Positions 9,413 through 20,800 of a stretch of 64,000 nt of DNA are shown here, piece by piece. A program made the translations under genes and the position numbers. This DNA comes from Gammaproteobacteria bacterium (lineage in GTDB: Bacteria > Pseudomonadota > Gammaproteobacteria > Eutrophobiales > Eutrophobiaceae). Below the pieces are notes generated by a model. It was not told where the DNA came from and did no database searches. It saw only the letters and a list, made by a program, of their open reading frames with translations. The first letter of the stretch is position 1; the number at the start of each line of letters is the position of its first letter. The stretch is from contig CAXMWX010000005.1 in assembly GCA_963422205.2 (NCBI GenBank), positions 320,001 through 384,000 of the forward strand. Direction: 5' to 3'.

Positions 9413-12409
9413 TCAAAACGCATACTGGACTCCAAAGCGGATCTCATAGCGGGAGGCATCACCAATACGCGGGATCCCCACCGTGCCCTCCTCCACAGTC
9501 TGCGGAAAGTCATGCTCCCTTAATACGCCCCAGTCGTCATTGAGCAGGTTAGTCAGATTATCGATCACCAAAAAGGCCGATGCCTTGCTGCCTTGTGTGA
9601 AGCCGGGAAAATCGGCACTGATACGCAGATCCACTTTCTCCCACCAGGGGCTGTTCTCGGCATTGCGTACCACGCCCGGCCGCAAGACGTTCTCACCTTC
9701 CAGAAAAGGGGTGAAACCATAGATTGGCCGGGCCGCTGTCGTTATGCTGTAAGGCTGGCCTGAGTTCACGGCACCGTACAGGCTGATGTTCACGCCCACC
9801 AGGCCGTTAAAGAACTCGCGAAAATAATTCGCCGTTGCCGTGAAGCGGTGGGTAATGTTGTAGTTTGAGGTCGATGCCACATCCTCCTGCGGGTCGAAAA
9901 AAGCACGATTCTGATAATTGGAAAACGCCACAGAGCTGGTCATGGGATTGATATCCTCCGCATCGGTATACGCATATCCCAGGGTAAAATCAAAGCCGTT
10001 GGCATAGCTTTTGGACAGGCCCAAGGCCAGACTCCAGGACTCGGCCGTTGTATTGCTGTTGGTCAGGTAAAGGCTGGACTCACGCACACTGCGGTAAATC
10101 GGATACCCGTCCGGGGTGGTGCCCGTCTGTTCCAGATCGCCGTGCAGAATGATGGCGGAATCCTCACTGCGGGTATACAACACATCCGCATTGAAAATAT
10201 AGGCATTGGGAAAGACATGGGTCAGCCCCAAGGCAAACTTCCACTCGGACGGGATTTTGAAATCCGGGTCCAGGTAGTTGATATCGAAGTTATCACCCGT
10301 ACCACCAGCGACCGCATCAAACAACTCCTGCGGCACGCAATACCCCGGCCCTTCCGGCACGCCCTCTTCACAGGCCACGTAGACGACATTGGAATCAAAC
10401 AGCGAGCGGCTGCCATCGGTATAACCAAAGGAGCGCCCGCGCTGACCGAATTGCAGCACGTTATTGGCGGAGTAGTTATTTGACAGCCAGACATTCGGAT
10501 TGCCGCCTGAATACCGCCCCACCCCGCCATGAAAAGCCGTCTCATCGGTAAAATCAAAGGTGAAACCGAGACGCGGCTGCAACAGGCCCTCGCCATCGAG
10601 GGTGGCCGTATTGGAGAAGCCATACTCCGCCACGAAATCGGTATTCTCCGCTGGCTGATCATCGGTGGTGTACCAGTCATAACGTATTCCGGCAATCAGG
10701 GTCAGGCGATCAATGGGAGAGAATTCATCTTGCAGGTAGGCCGTATTGATTGCATACCCCCAGTCGGCAGCGGCGTCCTGCGGGTTATTGGATGGTGCAT
10801 TGTTATAGTAGATAGCATCTGCAAAGCCATTACGAAAATTCTCAATGCCATCAAAACGAATTTCCGTCTCGGTATGCTGGACAAACAGATTAAAGATATC
10901 CAGGGCCTCACGTTCATAAGCAAAGGTCAGGGCATGGCCGTTAAGATAATACTTGCCCTTGAAAGCAAGATTTAAGATATCGTAATCCAGCTTGTTCGAC
11001 TGCCGGCTGTCATCGCCGCCCAAATAGACATCCACATCATCCAGCTCGACTCTGATCTCGCCGAAATCGGTCCCACCCACCGATAGCTGGCGATTGTCAA
11101 GTTTGGTATAGCCGATGCGAACCTCGGTGGAGAAATCATCCGTCCAGTCGGAGTAAATACTGCCAACATAGGAGTTAAGTTTAGCGCCGCGTTCATACAG
11201 GTGATTGAGAAACTCAAATTCACTCTGCTCACTGTCAGACTCGGTAAAGTTGGAACCATCATTATAGGTATAGGTGAAGCTCATGCGGTGGGCATCGCTG
11301 ATATTCAAGTCCAGCTTGACTAACATCTTCTCATCCTCGTTATCCAGGCTGCCGGGAATCGGGCCGGGATCATAGCCATATCTGTTGTTGGAAATCTCGA
11401 TAATCTCATCAATCTGCGCCTGGGTGATGTTCACCTCATTGACAGCACCTGAGCCCATCGGCCCGCGATCAAACAGGTTGGCGCCTTCCAGCTTTTCATA
11501 AGCAAGAAAGAAGAACAGCGTATCCTTGACGATCGGCCCGCCAAATGTCGCACCGTAGCGCTTCTCATCGTATTTGCCCGATTGAATGGCATCCCCCTCC
11601 AGGCTGTCTGCACGTAGCCTATCATCGGTGTAATCAAAAAACACCGAACCGTGGAAATTATTCGTACCTGACTTGGTCACCGCATTAATATTGCAGGCGG
11701 AAAAACCACCGTACTCAACATCAAATGGCGCCAGCTCAACCGCCACCTGATTGATCGCATCGTAGGAGAAAGGTATGCGCTCTGTCGGGTAGCCGTTGGC
11801 GTTCAACCCGAAGGCATCATTCAAACGCACACCATCAACCGTCAAGCTGTTAAAGCGGGAATTTTTGCCGGCACATTGCACTTCATTAATCTCACCACGG
11901 GACTCATCAACATAAAGCCGGGGATCAGCCCGGAGTATGTCGTTAATATTGCGGTTAATGGCGGGCAGTGTCTCCAGGGTTTGCAGATCAAACGAGGCAC
12001 TCGGCCCCACCGCCAGCTGGGCGGAGGGGATCGCCGTGGCAGAGACGATCACCTCTTCAATGGATTCGCCGGATTCAAGCGTAAAATCAATATTCGCTGT
12101 CTTGCCAAGGTTCAGGCTAAGATCTTCCAGCTTCTGGACGCCGTATCCGCTGCCCGCCGCCGTGAGGGTGTAATTGGCGCCCACCGGCAAATTGGCAAAG
12201 CGGTATTCGCCAGCGGCATTGGTTTGCGTGCGGCGGGTTAAGCCCTTGTCCTCGTTACGCACCGTCACAGTCGCATTTGATACCGGCTGGCCTCCAGCAC
12301 CCGTGACCACACCGCGAATATTCGAACTCGTCTCCTGTGCATTTGCGGCCAGGCCAATGAGCATCAAGGCAAGGGTAAAAAGGCTGCGCCCGATTGCATA
12401 CTTGTTCAT
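9413..12409 (-). CDS. TonB-dependent receptor with N-terminal carboxypeptidase-regulatory-like domain (Oar-like)
   Basis: signal peptide, IRGVVT...TNAAGEYRF domain, NSLTVDGV, INAVTKSGTNNFHGS, C-terminal FGVQYAF. Confidence 0.92.
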   Translation of the reverse strand: MNKYAIGRSLFTLALMLIGLAANAQETSSNIRGVVTGAGGQPVSNATVTVRNEDKGLTRRTQTNAAGEYRFANLPVGANYTLTAAGSGYGVQKLEDLSLNLGKTANIDFTLESGESIEEVIVSATAIPSAQLAVGPSASFDLQTLETLPAINRNINDILRADPRLYVDESRGEINEVQCAGKNSRFNSLTVDGVRLNDAFGLNANGYPTERIPFSYDAINQVAVELAPFDVEYGGFSACNINAVTKSGTNNFHGSVFFDYTDDRLRADSLEGDAIQSGKYDEKRYGATFGGPIVKDTLFFFLAYEKLEGANLFDRGPMGSGAVNEVNITQAQIDEIIEISNNRYGYDPGPIPGSLDNEDEKMLVKLDLNISDAHRMSFTYTYNDGSNFTESDSEQSEFEFLNHLYERGAKLNSYVGSIYSDWTDDFSTEVRIGYTKLDNRQLSVGGTDFGEIRVELDDVDVYLGGDDSRQSNKLDYDILNLAFKGKYYLNGHALTFAYEREALDIFNLFVQHTETEIRFDGIENFRNGFADAIYYNNAPSNNPQDAAADWGYAINTAYLQDEFSPIDRLTLIAGIRYDWYTTDDQPAENTDFVAEYGFSNTATLDGEGLLQPRLGFTFDFTDETAFHGGVGRYSGGNPNVWLSNNYSANNVLQFGQRGRSFGYTDGSRSLFDSNVVYVACEEGVPEGPGYCVPQELFDAVAGGTGDNFDINYLDPDFKIPSEWKFALGLTHVFPNAYIFNADVLYTRSEDSAIILHGDLEQTGTTPDGYPIYRSVRESSLYLTNSNTTAESWSLALGLSKSYANGFDFTLGYAYTDAEDINPMTSSVAFSNYQNRAFFDPQEDVASTSNYNITHRFTATANYFREFFNGLVGVNISLYGAVNSGQPYSITTAARPIYGFTPFLEGENVLRPGVVRNAENSPWWEKVDLRISADFPGFTQGSKASAFLVIDNLTNLLNDDWGVLREHDFPQTVEEGTVGIPRIGDASRYEIRFGVQYAF

Positions 12410-12649
12410 ACTCTCTCCCATTTTAGTAGACGTAAACCAGAAGGCTGTTGTTTTTACTGCACGGCCTGTGACATTAATAACACATTGTTAATGTCCTGTG
12501 TCAGTATAATGGGATTACGGTTAATTTCGTATGTCAGTTATGTAACTTTTCTTATGAAAACAGGATCGCTGTGCTTGCTAATAAACTGATATTCAAGATA
12601 AAAACGCCATCCCTGTGTTCATTGCCAGATCCGGCAGGCAGTGTTGCTT

Positions 12650-12916
12650 ATGGCTGAATTTTTCAAGTGGGCCGGTATTTTCTTGGCGATTGCCATCGGC
12701 AGTGGCGTTTGCTGGCATGCCGTGATCACGACCCAGTCACGGGCCATCGCCGGTGCAGCGCTTACCACAGCCCTGGTATACAGGGGCATGGATTACTGGT
12801 TCAACGGGCATGTTGGCTTCTCCGTGATCCCGTTGTTTATCGTTAATTTTATCTTCGGCTTTGCCATCGCCCTGCTTGTCGCCGTACCATTTACGCTCTG
12901 GCGGCGGGAGGATTAA
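12650..12916 (+). CDS. small membrane protein, about 3 TM, hypothetical
   Basis: three hydrophobic segments and a basic C-terminus. Confidence 0.6.
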   Translation: MAEFFKWAGIFLAIAIGSGVCWHAVITTQSRAIAGAALTTALVYRGMDYWFNGHVGFSVIPLFIVNFIFGFAIALLVAVPFTLWRRED

Positions 12917-13078
12917 GCCTGCCTGTCATGAGATAAAACTGACAAGCCATGAGAGCCGAAGGATACACCAGCAAGCGCCGGATTTTCACAAGCCTGGCGG
13001 CCTTATGCCATGCCCTGTACGCCGGGTTTACAGTTGCACAAATGCGGTTATTTATTGATAATCCCTGATTATTCCCCA

Positions 13079-13155
13079 GCGCCCGTAGCTCAGTTGGATA
13101 GAGTACCTGGCTACGAACCAGGAGGTCGGAGGTTCGAATCCTTCCGGGCGCGCCA
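13079..13155 (+). tRNA. tRNA-Arg(ACG)
   Basis: cloverleaf GCGCCCGTAGCTCAG...CCTGG-CTACGAA-CCAGG...GGTTCGAATCC...GGGCGCGCCA. Confidence 0.97.
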
Positions 13156-13312
13156 TTCAAATCAACCCCATCTGCCTTACTACACCCATCCTGCTTGCCA
13201 GGGCGAGGCGAGGCTGGTGAGGTGCGCCTGGTTAAGTGTGTTTGCCACCTGTTATCGGTCGTGGAATATGGGATAATTCGGGTATTGAAGTACAGCGAAT
13301 GAGGCGGCATTG

Positions 13313-14344
13313 ATGGATGAGAAGAAGCGACAAGCCCTGGACATAGCGCTCGGCCAGATAGAGAAGCAATTCGGCAAGGGCTCGGTGATGCGCCTGGGCG
13401 ATGGCAGCGTGAACCATGATGTGAGTGCGGTGGCGACCGGCTCGCTGGGTCTGGATATTGGTTTGGGCATCGGCGGTCTGCCCCGTGGGCGGGTGGTGGA
13501 GATATACGGCCCGGAGTCCTCCGGCAAGACCACCCTGGCGCTGCATGTGGCCGCCGAGATACAGAAGGCGGGCGGCACAGCGGCGTTCATTGATGCCGAA
13601 CATGCGCTGGATTCACAGTATGCTGAGAAGCTCGGCGTGCAGATAGCCGATTTGCTGGTCTCCCAGCCCGATACTGGCGAGCAGGCATTGGAGATCACCG
13701 ATATGCTGGTGCGCTCCAGTGCGGTGGAGTTGGTGATTATTGACTCGGTAGCGGCCTTGACGCCGAAGGCTGAGATTGAGGGAGATATGGGCGACAGCCA
13801 CATGGGCTTGCATGCCCGTCTGATGTCCCAGGCCCTGCGTAAGCTGACCGCTAACATCAAGCGCTCCAACACGCTGGTGATATTCATCAACCAGATTCGG
13901 ATGAGGATTGGCGTGATGTTTGGCAATCCGGAGACGACCACGGGCGGCAATGCCTTGAAGTTTTATGCGTCGGTGCGGCTGGAGATACGCCGTGGCAGTG
14001 CGATCAAGCAGAGCGATGAGGTGATTGGCAACGAGACCCGTGTGAAGATAGTCAAGAACAAGGTAGCCCCGCCGTTCAAGGAGGTGTTATTTGAGATACT
14101 CTATGGTGCTGGCATTTCCCGTGAGGGCGAGTTGATTACCTTAGGCGTGAAGCACGATATTATCGGCAAGACCGGCGCCTGGTACAGCTATGAGGGCGAG
14201 CGCATTGGTCAGGGCAAGGACAATGTCAGGAAGCACCTGCTTGCTCATCCGGCGGTTGCCGCTGAGATTGAGACGAAGATACGCCGCAAGACACTGCCAG
14301 CGGCCACCACCACAGCCACCGAGGCGGCGGAGGCACCGAACTGA
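13313..14344 (+). CDS. recA: recombinase RecA
   Basis: [45 protein letters not shown]. Confidence 0.99.
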   Translation: MDEKKRQALDIALGQIEKQFGKGSVMRLGDGSVNHDVSAVATGSLGLDIGLGIGGLPRGRVVEIYGPESSGKTTLALHVAAEIQKAGGTAAFIDAEHALDSQYAEKLGVQIADLLVSQPDTGEQALEITDMLVRSSAVELVIIDSVAALTPKAEIEGDMGDSHMGLHARLMSQALRKLTANIKRSNTLVIFINQIRMRIGVMFGNPETTTGGNALKFYASVRLEIRRGSAIKQSDEVIGNETRVKIVKNKVAPPFKEVLFEILYGAGISREGELITLGVKHDIIGKTGAWYSYEGERIGQGKDNVRKHLLAHPAVAAEIETKIRRKTLPAATTTATEAAEAPN

Positions 14345-14793
14345 TCGAGAACACCCGTCCGCTCAGAGACTGTGCTGTCGGCCTGTTATCGCGCCGGGAG
14401 CATGCGGCAGAAGAGCTGTTCAGCAAACTCACCGCCCGCGGCTATCCTGAGCCTGCGGTTGCGGCGGTCATATCATCCCTGCAACACGCCGGGCTGCAAA
14501 GCGATGCCCGCTATGCGGAAGCCTATATCCACAGCCGTATGCACAAGGGCTACGGGCCGGTGCATATACTTCACGCCTTAGGGCAGCGCGGCATCCCGGA
14601 ACACCTGGCACGGGAGTATCTTCAGGCAGAGCATACTGACTGGCCGGCCCGGGCCGAGGCGGCACGCCGTAAAAAATTCGGTGCCGACCGGCCGAAGAAC
14701 TACCGGGAGCAAGCCAGGCAGTCCCGCTTTCTCAGCAACAGAGGTTTTACCGGCGAGCAGATCCGCACCTGCTTTGAAGATGTAGAACCATGA
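14341..14793 (+). CDS. recX: regulatory protein RecX
   Basis: [12 protein letters not shown]...[10 protein letters not shown]...KGYGP...RFLSNRGF; frame extends 5' of the ORF-track start to a CTG overlapping the recA stop. Confidence 0.9.
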   Translation: MIENTRPLRDCAVGLLSRREHAAEELFSKLTARGYPEPAVAAVISSLQHAGLQSDARYAEAYIHSRMHKGYGPVHILHALGQRGIPEHLAREYLQAEHTDWPARAEAARRKKFGADRPKNYREQARQSRFLSNRGFTGEQIRTCFEDVEP

Positions 14794-17432
14794 TAACCAG
14801 CCACACCATCCGCCAGCGCTTTCTGGATTATTTTTGCCGCCACGACCATCGGGTGATCCCCAGCAGCCCCCTGGTGCCAGCCAACGACCCCACGCTGTTG
14901 TTCACCAATGCCGGCATGGTGCAGTTCAAAGATGTCTTTTTAGGATTGGACGAGCGCCCATCCCCCAGGGCGGTCTCCTCGCAGCGCTGTGTCCGGGCCG
15001 GGGGCAAGCATAATGACCTTGAGAACGTTGGCTACACCGCCCGGCACCATACCTTCTTTGAGATGCTGGGCAATTTCAGTTTTGGGGATTACTTTAAGGC
15101 CGAGGCGATCCATTATGCCTGGGATTTTCTGACCAACGAGTTGAAGATACCGGCAGCCAGGCTATGGGTCAGCGTCTACCGGGATGACGATGAGGCGGCC
15201 AGAATCTGGTTACATGACATTGGCATGGATGAGAGTCGCTTTGCCCGTCTGGGCGATGCCGATAATTTCTGGGCGATGGGAGAGACCGGTCCCTGCGGGC
15301 CGTGCAGTGAGATTTTCTACGATCATGGCACAGCCCTCGCTGGCGGGCCGCCGGGCAGCAAAGCGCAGCCGGGCGAGCGCTATGTGGAGATATGGAACCT
15401 GGTCTTTATGCAGTATGCACGTGATGCCAATGGATGCCTGCACCCTATCCCGAAGCCCTGCGTGGATACCGGCATGGGGCTGGAGCGCATCGCTGCGGTG
15501 ATGCAGGGCGTTGATAATAATTATGAGACTGACAGCTTTCAGCACCTGATACAGGCCATAACAAACCTGGCTGGACGTTCCGGGCTTGAACTGACGTCCC
15601 TGCGGGTGCTGGCCGATCATATCCGCGCTGCGGCTTTTCTCATCACCGATGGCGTCATACCCTCGAACGAAAGACAAGGCTATGTGCTGAGACGCATCAT
15701 TCGCCGTGCCGCCCGCCACGGCCACAAGCTGGGGTTTGACGGCCCGTTTTTCTATCGACTGGTAGAACCGCTTGAGGGGCTTATGGGGGCAGTCTTTCCA
15801 GAGCTGACGGCGGCGTATGATCGGGTGGAAGCCACCATAAAACAGGAAGAGGAGCGTTTTGCCCAGACCTTAAACCTGGGCCTGCGGCACTTCGAGGAGA
15901 TGATCGCTGGCTTGTCCGGCAAGCTGATTGCCGGGGAGGATGCATTCAAGCTCTATGACACCTACGGCTTTCCCGTTGACTTGACCGCCGATATTGCCCG
16001 AGAACGGGGTTTGCAGGTCGATGAGGCCGGGTTTGACAAGGCGATGGCAGGCCAGCGCCAGCGCGCCAGAGAAGCCAGCCGGTTTGAGATGAGCGCAAAT
16101 TTAACTTTACCAACGCCTGAGCTAGAAGCGAACGCTATTGCTATCCCTCCATCAGATTTTATCGGCTATGACAAGCTGCAACATACGGCAGAGGTAAGCG
16201 CCCTGTGGCGGGACGGGCAGACGGTCAACGAGCTTAAACCAGGCGAGTCGGGCGCCGTGCTGCTGGATGCCACGCCGTTTTATGCCGAGTCCGGCGGGCA
16301 GGTGGGCGATCAGGGGCAGCTGCTGGCCGATGGCACGGTGTTTGACGTAGAAGACACCCGTAAACACGGCAAGGCGCATGTCCATACAGGCACGCTGCAA
16401 CACGGCCGCCTGCACATCGGACAGCAGGTGACCGCCCGGGTCGATCATCAGCATCGGCAACAGACCGTGTGCAATCATTCCGCCACGCACCTGTTACATG
16501 CGGCATTGCGCCAGGTGCTGGGGGCGCATGTCACGCAGAAAGGCTCCCTGGTTGCACCGGACCGGCTGCGGTTTGATTTTGCCCATCCCCGACCGGTCAG
16601 CACCGAACAGGTCAGGCAGCTTGAGCACCTGGTGAATCGTAAAATTTACGACAACGCCGAGACGCATATTGCCGTGATGCCGTTGGCGGCGGCGCTTGAG
16701 TCCGGGGCGATGTCTTTGTTTGGCGAAAAATACGATGCCGATGTCCGGGTCTTGTCGATTGCGGATAAATTCTCAGTTGAGTTGTGTGGCGGTACCCATG
16801 TTGTGCGTGCCGGTGATATTGGCCTGTTCAAGATTATCGCAGAGACGGGCATCGCCGCCGGCGTGCGGCGCATAGAGGCGCTGACCGGGGAGGCTGCCTT
16901 GCAGTTTGTGCTGGAAAATGAGGCGAAACTTAACCAGCTTGCCCGCCTGCTTAAAACCGATCGCGACCATGCGCTCCCGCGTCTGCAACTCCTGCTGGAT
17001 CATTCGCATCAACAGGAGCGGGAACTCAGTCAGTTAAAATCAAGGCTGGCCAGCAACACGGGCGATGAGTTGCTGGGGCAGGCGGCTGATGTTGCTGGCA
17101 TTCAGGTGCTGGCGATCCGGCTGAAGGGGGTCGATCCGAAATCGCTGCGCGCTATCCTGGATCACGTAAAAAACAAGCTGGGTACGGCCGCCGTGGTGCT
17201 GGCCGCCGTGGCCGGATCAAAAGTCAGCCTGGTGGCTGGCGTCACTCAGGATACGACTGATCGGATCACGGCCGGCGAGTTGGTCAATTTCGTCGCCCGG
17301 AAGATCGGCGGCAAGGGCGGTGGTCGAGCAGATATGGCGCAGGCGGGCGGCAATCAGCCCGACAAACTGCCAGGCGCACTGGCCGCTGTCCCCGGCTGGA
17401 TCAGGCAGCAAGTCACCCAAGGCACGGAGTGA
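14790..17432 (+). CDS. alaS: alanine--tRNA ligase
   Basis: [56 protein letters not shown]. Confidence 0.99.
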   Translation: MITSHTIRQRFLDYFCRHDHRVIPSSPLVPANDPTLLFTNAGMVQFKDVFLGLDERPSPRAVSSQRCVRAGGKHNDLENVGYTARHHTFFEMLGNFSFGDYFKAEAIHYAWDFLTNELKIPAARLWVSVYRDDDEAARIWLHDIGMDESRFARLGDADNFWAMGETGPCGPCSEIFYDHGTALAGGPPGSKAQPGERYVEIWNLVFMQYARDANGCLHPIPKPCVDTGMGLERIAAVMQGVDNNYETDSFQHLIQAITNLAGRSGLELTSLRVLADHIRAAAFLITDGVIPSNERQGYVLRRIIRRAARHGHKLGFDGPFFYRLVEPLEGLMGAVFPELTAAYDRVEATIKQEEERFAQTLNLGLRHFEEMIAGLSGKLIAGEDAFKLYDTYGFPVDLTADIARERGLQVDEAGFDKAMAGQRQRAREASRFEMSANLTLPTPELEANAIAIPPSDFIGYDKLQHTAEVSALWRDGQTVNELKPGESGAVLLDATPFYAESGGQVGDQGQLLADGTVFDVEDTRKHGKAHVHTGTLQHGRLHIGQQVTARVDHQHRQQTVCNHSATHLLHAALRQVLGAHVTQKGSLVAPDRLRFDFAHPRPVSTEQVRQLEHLVNRKIYDNAETHIAVMPLAAALESGAMSLFGEKYDADVRVLSIADKFSVELCGGTHVVRAGDIGLFKIIAETGIAAGVRRIEALTGEAALQFVLENEAKLNQLARLLKTDRDHALPRLQLLLDHSHQQERELSQLKSRLASNTGDELLGQAADVAGIQVLAIRLKGVDPKSLRAILDHVKNKLGTAAVVLAAVAGSKVSLVAGVTQDTTDRITAGELVNFVARKIGGKGGGRADMAQAGGNQPDKLPGALAAVPGWIRQQVTQGTE

Positions 17433-17584
17433 TTCTAAGAAGATAACTTACCTGTTCCCAGTGTGCGCGGCAAGCTGAAGTTCGGGCCGACAATGGTAGA
17501 TGATAATCTGACAGCACCCCTGGCTATCCCCAACCATCCCTGGCCTATTTTCGAGCGACCGTAAGGCTCTATTGCAGTAGCACA

Positions 17585-17840
17585 TAGATTCTTCGCTCGA
17601 AAACCTGTTCCCGACGTTTTCTACCTCGATAATGTGTTCCTGACATTCTCTACCTCCTACATCCCTGTAGTCGTTCGCTCAGAATGACGTGCTGCTTGTC
17701 ACATCCTGAGCAGTTGCCCTCCCTCTCGTCATCCTGAGGAACAAAGTGACGAAGGATCTATCACACAGAACCATAGATTCTTCGCTACGCTCAGAATGAC
17801 GGGTTACTGCCATCCTGAGCAGTCGCCCCTGCGTCATCCC
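17585..17840. repeat. cluster of REP-like palindromic repeats (GTCATCCTGAG...CTCAGAATGAC) with nested mini-hairpins
   Basis: hairpin 17728-17800; TAGATTCTTCGCT...CGCTCAGAATGACG and CATCCTGAGCAGT each occur twice. Confidence 0.8.
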
Positions 17841-17847
17841 ACCCCAC

Positions 17848-20800
17848 CTAATAGGCATACTCCAACCTGACAATCCCACTCAAGGCCCGCTCACTCACCT
17901 CCCCCACATCATGGTTGTATTCCACATCGACCAGCAGCTTGAGATTATCACGGAGCTCGTGCCGACCATCCACACCGACATACAGGCTGTGTACGCTCTT
18001 ATCCGCATCGCTGGCATAGCTGAAGCTCGCCCCACTCAAAGTCCCTTCAAAGTCACTGCTGTCGGTGAAGCGGCTCTGTAATCCTAAGCGCAGCCCCAGC
18101 CCGCTGTTACTCTTCGGCAGCGCCCAGTCGCCACCCAGTTGCAGCCGGGTGGTCAGGTTATGGGCCGTGCGGCTATCAACGCTAAGATTAAACCCCGCTG
18201 CCCCCCGCTCGGTGTAGTCCCCATAGAAGGCGGCGGTGTAGCTCATGCTCAGGGAGGGAGTGAGACGAAAGGTTGCCCGGCCGGACAGGGCCTCTACCCT
18301 ATAGCTCTGGCTGACTGTCAGGGACGGGTTGATAAAGAAGCTGTGGGTGCTGGTTTCGGCAGTTTGTCTTTGCTGGGGGATAAAGCGCTGATTGTCATGC
18401 TCTTCATAGCCTAAGTTCAGCCCCACATCCACCGCCAGTCCAGCCAGGTCAAGACGGCCATACACTCCCCCGAAGAGGCTGCCGGTCTCGACATTCAGCG
18501 CCGTGATGTGGGTGCTGACATCGGCATCGGCATAGCCCAGCATCAACCCCAGCACGGCCTCCTGCCCATAACGCTGCTCGGCCCCGAACAACACGCCCCG
18601 GTACTCATGGGAGTAGGACAGGGTGCGGCCATCCCGTCCCCGTTGCCGGTCAGAAGCAAACAATTCTCCCCAGATGAGCGGGTCTTCTCCCCTGGCCAGC
18701 ATCCCCGGCAGCAGGGCGGTGGCGGCCACCTGCACCGGTGGGCGGGCAGCACGGCGATAAGCGGACAGCCGTTGACTGATGAGGGTGTTGATGGTGGTGG
18801 TCAGAGCGCCCACGGCAGAGGCTTGTACGGACGGGCCGGTGGGGTCAACATAGACATAGCTCTCGACCTGGCTCTGGAAGCGGTCACGGGCGGCTGCCCT
18901 GGCAGGCTCATCGGGCAGGGTGGTCGGGTCAGGGAGTGCTGGCGGGGTCGGTGTGACGGTGGCCGGTCGGGTGGCGGTGGCGGGCTGACAGGCTGTCCCC
19001 GTGGCCTCACAATAGGCCGCCGCCAACACCGCAAAGTCGGTCGGGGATGGGGGTGGGGGTGTGGCTGTGCCGCCTGTGGGCGGTGGTGTTGTGCCTGTCC
19101 CCGTGCCTGTGCCTTGGGGTGCGGGTGGTGGCGGTGGGGGTTGACCATCGGTATAAGAGATGATGGTGCCTGCCGCATCCATCGTCTCCTGACGTGCCAC
19201 TACCGGCAGGTTGGTCAGCAGTTCTGTCTCACCATTGACGGTCTCAAAGTTGCGGAAGCGGAAGATGGTGGTGGCACTGGCCTCGGTGAACAGTTGCAGG
19301 CCATTCAGGGTGTCCATGCCGGGGCCACCATCGGCCAGACCAAAGAAGCGCACATCGGCACTGGCAAAGGTCAGGGTATCATCGCCTGTCCCCAGGGTAA
19401 TATCACCGACCAGCCGGGCATCCCCGTCCATGGTGACGGTATCATTGTCATCGCCGGTGCAATGTCGCCGGTGAGGATGGCATTACTGGAGAGGGTAAAC
19501 ATATCATCCTCCGCCCCGCCGGTGATGCCGCCGGTCAGCGCCGCACTGAGGGCGAAGGTATCGTTACCCATGCCGCCATCAAGGTTGCCCATGAGGGTGC
19601 CGCCGGTCAGGGTAAAGCTGTCCGCCCCATCGCCGCCGGTGAGGTTGCCTGTGTGGTCGGTGCTGAGGGTAAAGGCATCCGCCATGGCGCCGCCGGTGAG
19701 GTTCTCGATGTTGCTGAAGGTGAGGGTTTCCGCATTCTGTCCGCTGCCGGTGGTGTAGGTCGCATCCATGCCGCCGTCTATCTCCCAGGTGGCATCGGCA
19801 TCATAGCCGGTGAGGGCATCGTCTGTGGCACTGCCGCCGGTCAGGGCATTGATGCCACTGACCGTGCCGGTGATGCCGGTGGCGCCGTTTGCCGTGGTGG
19901 CAAAGCCGTCATTGGCGGCGCTGGAAGCCAGGGTGACGCTGACGGCCGTGCTGCGGTTGGCATAAGAGGGGGTGTCGCTGTCCGCACCCAGGGTGACGCT
20001 GACGGTGATGATGCTGCCATCGTTGAGGGTCAAGGTATCATCCCCCGCCCCGAGGTTGGCGTTGCCATTGAGGAAGCCGCCGGTGTTGAGGGTGAGGGTC
20101 AGCACATCATCGCCGGGGCCGCCGGTCAGGTTGCCCGTGACTAGCCCGCTCAGGTTGAAGCGGTCATCGCCTGCCCCGCCATTGATGTCGATATCGTCGT
20201 TGAAGCCCACATTGAAGGTATCGTTGCCCGTGCCACCGGTGAATTGTTCAAAATGGAATAATCCCAGGCTGCGGGTGGTTGTGCCTTCGGTCACGGCATA
20301 CCGTATGCCCTGGCTATCCGACGTCCAGGTGGCGTTCCGGTTCAGGCCGATCAGGTTGTGGACTGCGCCGCCGGTTAGGGGGTCGTTGGCAGCAAGTGAA
20401 TTCACGCCCCGGAACCCGCCCGTAATCGCCGAGTGGATGCCGGAAAAGCCGGTGGCATCGCTGCCGGTGAGGGTGAAGTCGCCCGAGCCCAGGTTGTTAA
20501 ATTGCAGAAAATCCCCGCCGCCTGCCGCGAAGCTGTGGATGGCTGCCGCCGCGTCCGTGCCTGAGGTGATCTGTCCGCCGGTAATGTCGAGATCAAAGGT
20601 GCCGCTTGCGGAGGCGATTCGCACCCCATCGGCATCCCTGCCGGTGGCGGTAATCGTGGTATCGCCACTGATGCTGGCCGATGCCATGCCGCCGCCCAGG
20701 TTAGAGACGGCCAGCCCGTGGGCGACTATTCGCGAGGCGCCGCTGCCGCCGGTGGTGCTGATGGTGCCGCCGGTCAAGATAGCCGATGCCGCGCCGGTGC

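Noticed and set aside
12520-12550. Pho box upstream of the TonB receptor
   Set aside because: TGTCA/TGTAA half-sites are 9 bp apart rather than 11
17440-17580. IS630-like fragment on the minus strand (PELQLAA)
   Set aside because: Similarity is too short to support
17585-17840. CRISPR array
   Set aside because: No constant repeat with unique regular spacers and no cas genes; none found elsewhere in the window
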